64,000 nt of DNA from Setoptus koraiensis. Lineage: Eukaryota > Animalia > Arthropoda. Positions within the stretch are counted from its first letter, which is position 1. Every line of letters starts with the position of its first letter. Below, in pieces: positions 35,287 to 47,596 of the stretch. The position numbers and the translations under genes were made by a program. The notes beneath the pieces were generated by a model. It was not told the DNA's origin. It saw only the letters and a program-made list of their open reading frames with translations, and made no database searches. The DNA lies in contig CM106586.1 of the NCBI GenBank assembly GCA_048013815.1, positions 23,002,001 through 23,066,000 on the forward strand. Direction: 5' to 3'.

Positions 35287-37101
35287 ATGGCATCAAGTTT
35301 TGTATCATTCAACAATATGACCAGGCCATCAATTCTGAATAAGATAATGTTCAGCAGTATAGCTTTCAAGCCTGCAAATAATAACACTACGACCAATAAC
35401 AACAATATTAATACTAACGGCAACAGCATTATTAATAATAATAGTAATAATAACAATAATAATAATAATAATAATGAAATCAACAATCACGATGGTAGTA
35501 ATAATCATACCAATCATCACAGTCAATCAGCAGGAGAGAGAGAAATCAACATCGAACCCAAAAATAGATTGTGTGATCCCGATATAGTAATATTAAATTG
35601 GCAACATTCAGAACGTGTTGGAAGCGGTTTGGTCAATGTTGGAAACACATGCTTTCTTAACTCAGTTCTACAATGTCTTACTTATTGCCCGCCATTAGTA
35701 AACTTTTTAATCAATACAAATGGGGGCCATTCAAGCGGATGCAAGATATCAGATTTCTGTATGCTATGCGAAATGGAACGTCACATTAAGCGCATTAGAT
35801 CATCCACCGGATACCCGGTAAAGCCAATTTATATATATCAAAGGCTTAAGTACATTAGTAAGAGCTTTCAATTCGGCCGACAAGAAGACGCACATGAGTT
35901 CCTACGCTATCTTATTGACCACATGTGGAAAGCTTGCCTTATAAATAATAATGTCAATGGTTTAAAATTGGACGCTAGAATTAAAGAGACTACTGTGATC
36001 AACCATATATTCGGTGGTTACCATAGAAGTCAGGTAGTTTGTTTGACATGCAAATCAAAAAGTAATACCTTTGACTTTTTTATGGACTTCATTTTGGACA
36101 TCAGAAATGCACCATCATTGGAGAAGGCCCTTGAGAAGTTTACTCAACCCGAGACTCTTCAAAATGACAATGCTTACAAGTGTAGTAAATGTAAGAAAAA
36201 GGTTGCAGCTAAAAAGAGATTCACAGTGCATCGTGCACCCAACGTAGCAACCTTTCAATTCAAAAGATTTGATTCCAACCGAATATTCGGCGGTAAAATT
36301 ACTAAACACATTACCTACCCCGAAGAACTCGATCTCAGACCCTATATGTCTGACACTACAAAACCCTCCATCAAATATAATCTGAATGCAGTACTAGTTC
36401 ATGTCGGGCAGACATCAAATTCTGGTCATTACTACTGCTTCATTCGAAACTCTAATGGTTTCTGGTACAGAATGGACGACGCAAGCGTTACTCAAGTGTC
36501 GAAAGACGTTGTTTTGGGACAGCAAGCTTATGTACTATTCTATACAAGAAAGAGCGACTCGAAAACTTCAGCGACCATCAATATCGCTAAAACCGCCAGC
36601 AACACAGCCACTAATGTCACCACCCCTAAGTCCATTACTATTCAATCTGATCAGGTGTCAACTGCACCAATAACCAACGGCCATAAGGTTAGCCCACTCC
36701 CTCAGACAAACGGGCACAAACAAACCGCATTCCCTCAAACATCTAACAGCTCTTTAGATAAGCCCGCATTGAATGGCTACAAGAGTCAAGTTACCACCTG
36801 GTCAGGTGATCGAAGCCAATTAGACTCTGTTAGCGCAATCAACAAACGAAAAAGTGACGACATATCAGATCGGGATGAGTTCAATGAAGAACTCGATAGA
36901 GGAAAGATCAAAAAGATTAAGTCTCACAATCGTGATGAGCGATTCTTCTCCCAGTCAAAGTACAACCCATTTCAACGTTACACCAATAACGGTTATCGAC
37001 ACAATTCTAACCACCATGGTCATAACCGACACATCCGTCATAGAAATCACAAACGCGATAACCATTATAAGGGGAAGAATCGTCACTTTGGAAAACGATG
37101 A
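35287..37101 (+). CDS. USP36: Ubiquitin-specific protease USP36/USP42 (scrawny) family
   Basis: Cys box GLVNVGNTCFLNSVLQCL, RQEDAHEFLRYL, zinc-finger CxxC pairs, His box LVHVGQTSNSGHYYC, MDDASV, and a basic C-terminus. Intronless. Confidence 0.92.
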   Translation: MASSFVSFNNMTRPSILNKIMFSSIAFKPANNNTTTNNNNINTNGNSIINNNSNNNNNNNNNNEINNHDGSNNHTNHHSQSAGEREINIEPKNRLCDPDIVILNWQHSERVGSGLVNVGNTCFLNSVLQCLTYCPPLVNFLINTNGGHSSGCKISDFCMLCEMERHIKRIRSSTGYPVKPIYIYQRLKYISKSFQFGRQEDAHEFLRYLIDHMWKACLINNNVNGLKLDARIKETTVINHIFGGYHRSQVVCLTCKSKSNTFDFFMDFILDIRNAPSLEKALEKFTQPETLQNDNAYKCSKCKKKVAAKKRFTVHRAPNVATFQFKRFDSNRIFGGKITKHITYPEELDLRPYMSDTTKPSIKYNLNAVLVHVGQTSNSGHYYCFIRNSNGFWYRMDDASVTQVSKDVVLGQQAYVLFYTRKSDSKTSATINIAKTASNTATNVTTPKSITIQSDQVSTAPITNGHKVSPLPQTNGHKQTAFPQTSNSSLDKPALNGYKSQVTTWSGDRSQLDSVSAINKRKSDDISDRDEFNEELDRGKIKKIKSHNRDERFFSQSKYNPFQRYTNNGYRHNSNHHGHNRHIRHRNHKRDNHYKGKNRHFGKR

Positions 37102-37163
37102 ATGCAAATATAAATATTGTATATATTAAATTACTACTACTATTAAATTTAACATTTTCCTAT

Positions 37164-38216
37164 TTAACGTTTCTTTCCGTAAAGGCTATCCAAAGCTAAG
37201 CCGAGGAAGACGAGCGAAGTACCGATCCATTGGATTGAATTGAGTGAATTGCCAAAGAACATGACTGAGGCCAGAACTGTAAAAAACTTTCTCGTGGTAG
37301 TTATGATTGAACATGGCAGTGGTCCAAATTCAGATACTGTAAGAAATATGAAAAGCTGTGAAAAAAAAGATAATCAATGAATTAATTCAAGAATGTTGGT
37401 TAATACATCCCGGTTAGCACTATAATGTAAATTAAAAGGAAAACGGCCAGCACTCACCTGTCCTACTGCGCTCAATGTCGCGAACAATGTTATGTCATTG
37501 ACCATGTTGGGGTATCGGTGGACAAAGTCTAAGAATTTTGGTAATTCACCAGTTATAATTGTTGCTGCTAATAGGTAGAATGTAGACCACAAATTGATTT
37601 TGTACATCATGAAGACCGACTTTGTCTGGTGTTCCGTTTTCATTCGCTCTTGCACAGCTCCAGTCAGTCCATCCATTGTAAGTGAAACGAGCAGAAGAAT
37701 CTCCCCGAAGCCCAACAACGACATGATACTAGAAGCGCTATAGTTGGATGACGTTTCTCCTCCCTTTCCCCCTTTCCACATAAATAAAGCAACTCCCAGT
37801 ACAATTAGAGATACGAATAGGTATTTGAGTTTCGGGTATCTTTTGCCGCCTATTATTACCCCAAGAGACATTATTGGAATGGGCTTGCAGGACTTGCCAA
37901 CAACTTGGGTGGGATAGCTTACATGTTGTAAAGCCATGTTACTAGAGACCATTGCGGAAAGATATGTGAGAGAGCAGATCGCGTAATAGATGGATCTAGT
38001 GGAGTCGACACCTTGTTTCATGAATGTCAATAGCATCGATTTTGAGAAGACGGCGTTAACTATACATTGAATTAGGACTAATGTCATTGTGCAATTGAAC
38101 ATTTCGTTCTGGGGTCCATATTTGGTCCTAGTGATCTTTTCCTGCAATATTCCAAAATAGAAATAGCAAGAGAATATGCCCGCTGCATAGAAGAATAATT
38201 TGGACTTTGCAGGCAT
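37164..38216 (-). CDS. SLC35B1: Solute carrier family 35 member B1 (UAA transporter family, meigo), 316 aa
   Basis: complement(join(37164..37355,37458..38216)). Motifs [45 protein letters not shown]; the last exon supplies GQ|[31 protein letters not shown]...KKR*. Confidence 0.93.
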
Positions 38217-38635
38217 ATTGCTTGTGCGATAATTGTTGCTATCTGGTGACTAATAAATATTGTTGCACGCAATCAGTAATGAAATAAATAATATTGAGGG
38301 TGTCCGCTAATAGTTTTACTTTTGTTATATGGTAAAAAACTGTAAAAAATAGCTTCGGTGGTCGTCAGCAGGTGCACACCTGCTCAATATGTGAATCATC
38401 ATAATGCAACAAGAAATGCCACCGATTGGTAAATCAACAATTATTTTTATACGCACGCTCAATGCGAGAGAATAAGCGGCCTATTTAAAAGAAAAATCTC
38501 GTTTGAATTTTGCGCACTTGACCCATTGGCTGAAAATACTGTAATTCCACATTTTTACCGTATAAAAATTACAGTGTATCGTGATCAATATCGTGACATT
38601 TATCCTTATTAAAAGTATAAAGATCTACTAATACC

Positions 38636-39649
38636 ATGTCAAGTACTAATTGGATCTACGATAAAGAAGAATTAAAGAGGACACCATCAATAACGAACAC
38701 TGCACTCACTTACGATGCAGAACAGCGTATTAGATTGGAGGGAGCAAAATTTATTTTGGATATAGGAGCCAAAAAATTATCTCTTCATCATGACACCGTT
38801 GCCACAGCAATTGTTTATTTCCATCGTTTTTACATGTACCATTCATTTGTACATTTTCCAGTGTATCTAACGGCGTCTTGTTGCTTATTTTTGGCAGGTA
38901 AAGTTGAAGAGACACCGAAAAAGTCTCATGATATTATTAAGGTAGCGAGAGAGGTTCTGACTGAACAACAATTTGCACAATTTAAAGGAGAGAACGCCAA
39001 GGAAGAATTATTAACATTAGAAAGGATATTACTGCAAACAATTAGATTTGACTTACAAGTAGACCACCCATATGGTTATCTTATGAAATATGTTCAATCA
39101 ATGAAAGCAGACAGGGATAAATTAAGAGGTCTACTGCAAGCAGCTTGGACGTTCATAAATGACTCATATTGTACAACAATCTGTTTACAGTTTGAACCTG
39201 AAATCATAGCCATAGCTATGATGTTTCTCGCTAGTAAAATTAACAAAATTGATCTACTAGATTGGGACAAACGAACAACAAAACACGAAAATTGGTGGGA
39301 TGTCTATGTTGAAAATGTGGATAAAGAGATGCTCGAAAGCATTTGTCACCAAGTTTTAGATGTATACTCATGTTCACAAGATTCCTCAACATCGCCCGTG
39401 TCAACTCCGCCCAATCAAAATGCCCAGCCTCAAATAACTATGGTGGCTCCACCACCACCTCCACCACCCCTGCCCTCAAATGCACAAATGGTTCCGGCGC
39501 CGCCAGCTGTGCCGCCGCATCTGGTTGGTATTCCAATGATGCCACCTCCGCCGTTACATGGAGCTATTTTGGGAGCTAATATACCGCTACCGCCACCGCC
39601 AGTGCCGATGCCCTTGTCGATGCCTTTACCCAGATCTGTAGAGAAATAA
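38636..39649 (+). CDS. CCNK: Cyclin K
   Basis: WIYDKEELKRTPS, VATAIVYFHRFYMYHSF, CLFLAGKVEETPKK, LERILLQTIRFDLQVDHPY, AWTFINDS, WWDVYVE, and a Pro-rich C-terminal tail. Confidence 0.95.
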   Translation: MSSTNWIYDKEELKRTPSITNTALTYDAEQRIRLEGAKFILDIGAKKLSLHHDTVATAIVYFHRFYMYHSFVHFPVYLTASCCLFLAGKVEETPKKSHDIIKVAREVLTEQQFAQFKGENAKEELLTLERILLQTIRFDLQVDHPYGYLMKYVQSMKADRDKLRGLLQAAWTFINDSYCTTICLQFEPEIIAIAMMFLASKINKIDLLDWDKRTTKHENWWDVYVENVDKEMLESICHQVLDVYSCSQDSSTSPVSTPPNQNAQPQITMVAPPPPPPPLPSNAQMVPAPPAVPPHLVGIPMMPPPPLHGAILGANIPLPPPPVPMPLSMPLPRSVEK

Positions 39650-39699
39650 ACGATCAAAATCTTCATCATCGATTAGTCAGATTGGTTTAATTCTCTACT

Positions 39700-40700
39700 T
39701 ATAATATGCTATTAATTCCATGAATGTTGGATGGCAACTCTGTCTTATCACACGGGTCTTTTGTTTGCTTCTCTTCGTTGGGTCTGGAAGAAGATACGTT
39801 TTGGCATAACAGTTAGATCCGGATGTTCCTTTGATGCAAGGTAAATTTTTAGCGTGCATTACCATTATTATAATGCATTCTTATATACAAGAGACAGTTT
39901 GATTTGTCAGTTTTAGTTGTGATATAACGCGTTTCTGGTGGAATCGCTATACTCTCGAGAACCCAATGTGCCAGATTCGTCTCCTCCCGCCCAGGCACCT
40001 TGGTGGATTTGGCCATAGCTTCGGCTTCGGTCAATCCTGGCATCAACATTTTATTTATGTAGCACACGGCACCTTTGCTCAGACCAGGAATATTGGATTG
40101 TGTCATTAGCGAGAAGAGATTAAGAACTAGGTTTCTATTCCGTCTGATCATATTGGATCCCATAGTACAAAAGTCGATGGAAGTTGGAAATTCCTTCGAA
40201 GGAACATCTCCCCCATTAATATCTCCAGTTAGGACAAAAGATGTTTGATCACGTTAGATGGATCCCACCATTTGGGCATCACCCAGGAAGTTGCCGAAAT
40301 CTATATGAAATAAATGTCCAGAATGAGTGACCCTGATATTATCATTATGCCGGTCGCAAGTTACCAACAGAATAACCAGCACATGAGTGAGTAAAGACTG
40401 TTTGCTGCAACTTGAAGTCGACGCAAAGGTTTTGGCTGATTATCTCTATTGATCAGCCAGTTGATTAAGAAGTCTGGATAGAGCACGTTAAATAACCTCT
40501 ACAATGGTACAATTTATAGTGGTGCCATCGCTGACGGGGCTGTGATGCTCGCCATTCTCAGTTTCTATATACGAGGTGTTGCAAGCCTTCATATAGTTGA
40601 CTTCTGACTTGTAAGTACGACAGAGCTCTGCTGGGTTTTCTTTTGCTTCCGTTACGAAGACTAAACGCACTAAATAAGTGCGTGCATTTTTATCTCAGCC
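39700..40700 (-). pseudogene. Class II phosphatidylinositol 3-kinase (PI3K-C2 / Pi3K68D-like) pseudogene
   Basis: The minus strand reads SCAGYSV (frameshift) [49 protein letters not shown]...NMIRRNRNLVLNLFSLM...PGLTEAEA, then a PX-like remnant (PDLTVMPKRIFFQTQRREANKR). FLGxAQM and a C-terminal PX domain are class II features. There is an in-frame TAA at 40254-40256, plus frameshifts and deletions. Confidence 0.82.
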
Positions 40701-43700
40701 TGGATGGTGTGTCAGCATAATCAATTGGGCTACATCCTGACAATTTTTGAGGGTTATAACAACGAGCAAGCGAAATTCGAACAATTACACTAATAAGGAA
40801 TTGAAAGATAAACTATATGCAAAAGTTTTGAAACTTAGTACATTGATTTCTTTTTGTTTACATTCTATATAGATGTTATCGCATTGTGTAGTTTGTATCA
40901 AAAAGAAAACAAAAAACTGGTAGGTGAATCATCAATAATAATGCTACTTTCATTCCATAATAACTCGGATATAATCACAACAACCGTTCCTGCTACAACC
41001 AACATTACCGCTAACTACTACACTATCACCACTCTACCTCTCGTAAGAATCGCTGCCAATATCGAATACCCCTACTACTACAGCTACCACAACTACTCGC
41101 AATTAGACTCGAAACATAAATGACGATACGATGATTTTATTTTCCCTCGTACTATAATTCGCGCTCTCATAGCATTTCACTGATCAGGTCGATCAGAACA
41201 AGTTTTCTTTTTGCTACCAAATCATCAAGCGAACGATTTTGACAGTGAATAGTCTCTTGAGCTATACTTGCTGTCTAGCACTTTCGAGATGAGATCTTTT
41301 TTTATTGTTAAAACTCTAGAACAAATAAAGAAAGAATGCAATTATGAGCGAGTGGAATGAAACAATGAAAATCGATGGCCAAAAGGCTCTTAATAACGAG
41401 GAATAATAGGTTGTGCGTTGGTTGGTCAGAAGCAATACGATACGGCAAGGAATAGAAATATTTCCATTCAGATTCAGAATCAATCTTAGATTATTCAAAA
41501 AAATCAAGAAATCAAAATATATAGATAAAGACTGATAGAGATAACGGTGGGCGAGCTGCAACATTGATAGTTTTGGTGTAAGCTCTAATAGAATTTCAGC
41601 TCTTCTCCAATCACTGGATGGCTGCGAAATTGAATGATCTCTAGCCAAGCAGCAAAACGGCTGTTATGTTCACAAAAGACTGGACACCATTTTGTCACGA
41701 AGTGGTGATTAGGTCCGCCATGCTGAATTTATATAATCCCAGTCTATCATGACAGGAACAAAGGATATTTGAATCCTGTTATATTGGCTACACTTGTCAA
41801 AATAAGTGATAGTGCATAGCAATGTTGTCTCAAGTCATTTACATTATCACAATGAGGATAATGTAGATCTATCCAAATCAATTTGTCTTGGCGTTGTTAT
41901 TATATTACTTAATATTCAACAGTATCATCAAGTAGATACAAAATGTGTGATATAATAATGATGTCATAGTTTTAAAGAACATGACAATTGAGCCCACGAA
42001 TGGACTTAAAAAATGCTGTCTGTGATAGATTGTATTTCAAGTAGTTGATAGTAGCTGGTAAAATGAAGAGATCTCATCCGTTAGAATTGAATAAGCTAGC
42101 CAGATTCGGCATGGATGATATGATCATGAGTCATGACTACTTTTTTACCTGTATCGTTATGTGTGTGACTGGACACATTAGATAGTAGATGTACATCAGG
42201 ACATATACACGAATCTCTGTTTCCCCTCTCTATGCCTCTCTATAGATCGGTATTTTCGTTCGATCCACATAAACAACCGAACCAACTCGCTTCTGATAGG
42301 GGCTGTATTGACTAAGTCGTCGAATAGCACGACATAGACCAGCTTCTTCGAAGTAAAAGTTGAAGACGATCGAAGGGGGACGTAATGGCATAGGAATGAC
42401 TTGATTTCATATTCACACAGTTGAAGAATCAATGAAAATTGGGGGATATAATATCCAGCCATTTATAATGCGGCGGCATGATAACTCTATTTTGCCTCAG
42501 TAGAGGCAAAGAGAGACACAAAAAGAGAGCGAAAGAGAAAGATTGGAATTCATGATCTGATAAGACAAGTAGCAAGTGATTGTCAATTTACCATGGAAGA
42601 CAATTTACTCCTCATCCTTGGATCTTTTCATCGCCGACGCTATCGCCAATACGATCATATCGAGCTCATAATCATGATCCTGAGGCCGCAACAAATATCA
42701 TAAATAATGACATCACGTCTGGCTATTGGGCAGGTGATTTCGCTGCTGCCGACTATGAAGAGATTGCTCGTTGGCCGACTTTGGCGAGCTAGTTAGCCGG
42801 CTGGCCTAAGTTACAGCCGGTTGCAGATAAACGAAAAGTCAAGCAGCATAAATTGATGTTTCTCAACAGAAGACAGCAGAAGACATGAACGCTAGCCAAG
42901 TCACGACAAACCTAACGCTCAAATCGGCAATTTCTTCTCTCTCTCTCTCTCTCTCTCTCTTTCCTCGCTATCTGCCTTTCTCAATATCTATACTCATATC
43001 CTCCTATCTAACTATCTATCTTCCCTTCAGCCTATTTCATTTCATTTTGCCTTGGAATGTAGTCTCTCCCCTCCCATTGACAGTTGGATTTTATCCAGAA
43101 AGCGAGAATGAGAGAGGGAGAGAGAGAGAGAAAGAGAAAAAAAGGCAATAATTTGAGACCGTGCAGACCGTGTTCAGCAATGAGAGAGAATATATATATA
43201 TATACATGTATAAATGCAAAAGAGCGTTACATTTATAGATTGTTGTTGTTATTTCCTGTCGAAAACCGCCAGCACTTAACATCTCACAATGGGACGATTT
43301 TGCACGCTTTCAGTTTGTTCAAAGAAGAGGCCGGTTATTCTGTGTGTCTGACAAGCCAATCTAATGCAGACCGGCGACCGTTGACTTTCGGCCAATTGAT
43401 AATACACTAGCACTATCACCATTACTACTATTTGCATGATGAATCAATCCTATCAACTCTCCAGTAACTTCTCGGCAACAACTGCAACAGCAACAACAAT
43501 TCGTGGTCAGTCTATGAACCTTACATGAGAGACGATTTACTCCGCCCGCTTTATAGCCCTTTCTTTCGAGAGTGCTTTCCCTTGCTATCTCTTATTGACT
43601 AGATCTAATCAATATTGTTGTTGGTTTATTAGTTCTAACTGCTGCTACAACAGCAACAACATCGACAACAACAAAAGTGTGCGACCAAGCCAGTTTGCCA

Positions 43701-44521
43701 TAACTATTTGTTCGAAGCCATAGTTGGTTGTGATTGTCATTCTCACGTTAGTCTGCCTACAACTTTGTTGTTGTTCTCAACTGCTATAACTATTAATATT
43801 ATTATTCTAGTTTTAATCAGATAAAGAGGATAAAAGTAAGTAAGTCGACTTTATCATCATTCTAAAGTAGCGGCCACAGAAATACTAGTTTCGGAGTAGT
43901 AGTAGTAAAAGTTCGCAGTGTTTGTTGTTGTATGCTGAGTACACTTCGACACATACTCATAATAAACTCATCTCATAATTCATCTCTAGCTCATTGGTCT
44001 AATTAGAACGAGAGAAAGAGAGATCTCATTCTCAAGACAATCAAAGCCACCTGTATTTTTGTGCAAGTTTGCATCATTTTGTTACGTTCGAACCGTTAGT
44101 TTGGTGTGTTTGTACCGAGAGAGGCATTCTCGGCGTTTTAGAGAGCAGAAAAGTAAGTAAGTAAAAATAGACAAAATATTCACATATCTACAAATTAAAC
44201 AGTACTATTCATGTATTTTATAATTGTGTACAAGTGATAACGTTAACAATAATAATAATAAAAACTGCCAATCATTATCATACATAGAAAACTAATAACA
44301 ACAAAAAAACAAAAACAAAAAAATATGTCTCTATAAATTATGTCCGTCCAGTGATTGCGTCTTCATTCAACTTGAACTGATTGGCACCTCATAGAATTTA
44401 GATATCATATTCATTTAGTATTCATCTACTAGTCGATAGCATTGGAAGCAAGACAAATACACACGCTTTTCGTCGTCAACTAACAGCAAACTGATCTGAT
44501 CGTTACTATATATCCAACGCG

Positions 44522-46365
44522 ATGGATATTGGTAACTTGCGCCATAGTTTACTATCGGTGGCGCTGCTGGTGTCGTGTAGTTGGTTGCTGTTGTCGAGCC
44601 AACTACAATTAGTGGCCAGGGCACAATCCGTCGGTAGGTCTACACACACGTATTTATTTGATTGTTTATGTTTTTCTATCATCCTTGCAACGACGTAAGA
44701 CCCTTCTAACAATCAATTTTGATAATTTTGATTCGCTGCACCTCAATAATTATCCATTATCAAATGCGTCTTGCACTCAATTGATCAAACGACAGAGTCT
44801 GATGAACAATTTGAGGCCTATCATCATGACATTGGACGCATCAATCCGTCTTCGCCCAGTTCGAGTCATGTTTCGCCGGCTAGCATAGTGAAACAAGTGG
44901 CACCTCAACAGCCATCTACTGATTACAATAGTCAGCTAGTTGCACCTGTCACTGTTCCGGCAACAATAAGACAACAACTGCCACAACAACAATCTAGATC
45001 AAGATTGAGATCAAGTCAATCAACCAATAGTGGATTGTCAAGATTGAGAACAACCACAACAAATGTAGACGATTCCTCTGTGCCAGTTAGAGTGCCAATG
45101 GCGGCCGCACCAGTTCCTGTTGTTCTGCCTCCATCCACAATAGTTTCATCAACATATTCGGATCGAAACAACAACCACGATCAGGTACTGACATCGCCCG
45201 GAAATGGGCCCATTTATGCCAGCAATTACAATAAGTACAACAGCGACGAGCAGCCAGCATTGGCCTCATTCAGGGCATCGTCTCAGGAGCACAACAGTAG
45301 ACAACAACAACAACACCAGGCTTTATATCAGCCAACATTCTCAACGCCTTCCCAGCAACAACAGGTTGCCCTGGCTAACAACGCCGCCTATCTGAGATCA
45401 TATCCGTCGGCGTCGTCGTCACCTGTTGAGGCACTGGCCCCGTTGCCGCCCTTACCACCCGCACCTGTCGCCGCCTCCATAGCGACCCCGTCCGCTTCCG
45501 TGCCTCTGTACAATCAAGCAGATGCCAGCAATGTGGCTGCGGCTAGCTCGTTGCGCTCACCAGCCGGCTCCCCGGCTGGTGGGGCCCAGATTCAGCCAGA
45601 TCAAATTACGGCGCCCTCATACGAGCACGTACTGAGTCACGGTTGTCCCCGTTACGGAGTGTTCTCATATCCACACGCTGATCATTGTGACCGCTATTAC
45701 ATGTGCACCAATGGTACCTTCACCGAAGAGGCCTGCCCCAACGGTCTGTCTTACGGTACCCAGGGTGCCGTTTATCAGCATTGTGCCTATCGTTGGAATA
45801 TAGATTGTGGCAAAAAGAAGGCTCGTAAGTACCCTAAACCCTTACCCTTACAATTGTTGGTGTGCAAATTGTGCAAAAAATGACGCAAACCACTATCACT
45901 AATCCTCTATAAATAATCTCCTTCCGTTCATGCAATATCTTTCAACGCTGTCAATCAACAACAACAACAGCCGGACCCATATCGAGCCCCGGATGTCCGT
46001 GGCAGTTTGGTGTGTTTCCGGCGAGCGGGCACCAATGCTCCATTCATTATCACGAATGCGAATGGGGTGTGCCCGAGGTCAAGACCTGCCACCCGGAGGG
46101 ACTGTTCTATGATGAACGTATTAAAGGTTGCCAATGGGCGGATAAATTGGGCTGCAAGAGTGAGGCTCTGTTGAATTTCAAATGTCCGCATGAAGACGAA
46201 GACAATCCGTATTGGCCCTTCCCGAGATATTATCATTCTAAAGCGGATGTTATTGTTTGCGTCAATGAGCAGCCTCGTTTAGTTCATTGTACTGAAGATC
46301 AGATAGTTGACCCGTCATCACTAGCCTGTTTAGATACCAAAAAGAAGAAGAAGTTTAAATTTTAA
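44522..46365 (+). CDS. Obstructor/CPAP3-type cuticular chitin-binding protein with three CBM14-like domains and a long N-terminal low-complexity region, 511 aa
   Basis: join(44522..44633,44796..45824,45971..46365), 1536 nt. Signal peptide MDIGNLRHSLLSVALLVSCSWLLLSS. Domains include CPRYGVF...CDRYYMCTNG...CPNGL...C...DC and PISSPGCPWQFGVF...C...C...GLFYDERIKGCQW; the third begins at LNFKCP. Confidence 0.87.
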
Positions 46366-47596
46366 TTTTCAATTTAAGGTGTGACACATATCTAATGTTT
46401 ATTTTGCCACCATATATGCATGTAATTCACTACAGTATTAGTGAACCACCACAACTAATAACAATAATAACTATCTATTATTGTTGTTGCTGTGTTGTTA
46501 TTTGTTGTTTATTAGTTTAGTTTTACTTTGTTTGTTGTCGCCATTAAATACTCAACTACACACACACACACTCACACAATATGTTTATATTGTTTGTTTT
46601 AATCCATGTTTTGATCCAATCAATCATGATATTCAATCAAATTTGATCGCCATCCGATACAACCGAAACATCAACAAAGTGCCATATTTCACCACTTGTT
46701 GTTATGATATCAAACATTTCAGCATACTTGTAGGTCAATTTTGTAGAAATATCGCCACAACTTATTCTTCCTCTGTGTATCGCCAAGCAACTTTCTTCAT
46801 CCCTACTTCACTGGCCACTTTGGATTGTTGCTGCGGCATCATCTTGGCGCGGTATAAATATAATAATCTCTATCCGAAATTATCTATTATTTCGGCAACT
46901 CTGTTATAAAACTCTGTCTGACTATTGCTACTAATATCGCGATCTATTTTTGCCACCCGTAAACATACACATGCACATACACATAGTATCATAGAACTAT
47001 ATCACTCAAATTATAAACAAAGATCAATAGTCGATTTATCTCTCCAATAACCACTGACTGATTGATTGACTGACTCACTTATTTCCATTAGACTATCACA
47101 GTAGAGTAAGTCAATTTTCAAAATATCCATCTCTCATGAGTGGCGGTGGTTAGTGTAGTTGACTTGTACAACTACACGAAATATGATAATATCCATCGAT
47201 TGCTCGATAACAATTATCATAGTCGTCGTTGTCCAAATACTCACACACACACACTTGAAATAGGCAATTATCGATGACTTATGATAACCACTAAGCGTTT
47301 GTTTTTACAATTAATTGGTTGGTTATATATATATATATATATGAACCTATATAAAATGTGTGAACCGTGTAATTTATCTATCTCTGTTTGTGCGATATGA
47401 TTAAAATCAATTAATACAACCTGTGGCATCATTATCGTCATATATTTACAACAACAACATCAACAACAATTAATTGCACATCACATTAACATCTCTCTTT
47501 TTATACCTCTGTCGGTTGAAATCTTTTCCATTATTACAACTATTGACAATCGTCAGTTCTTTTGTTTGTCGCAAACATTATTCCTACTCGAAAATA

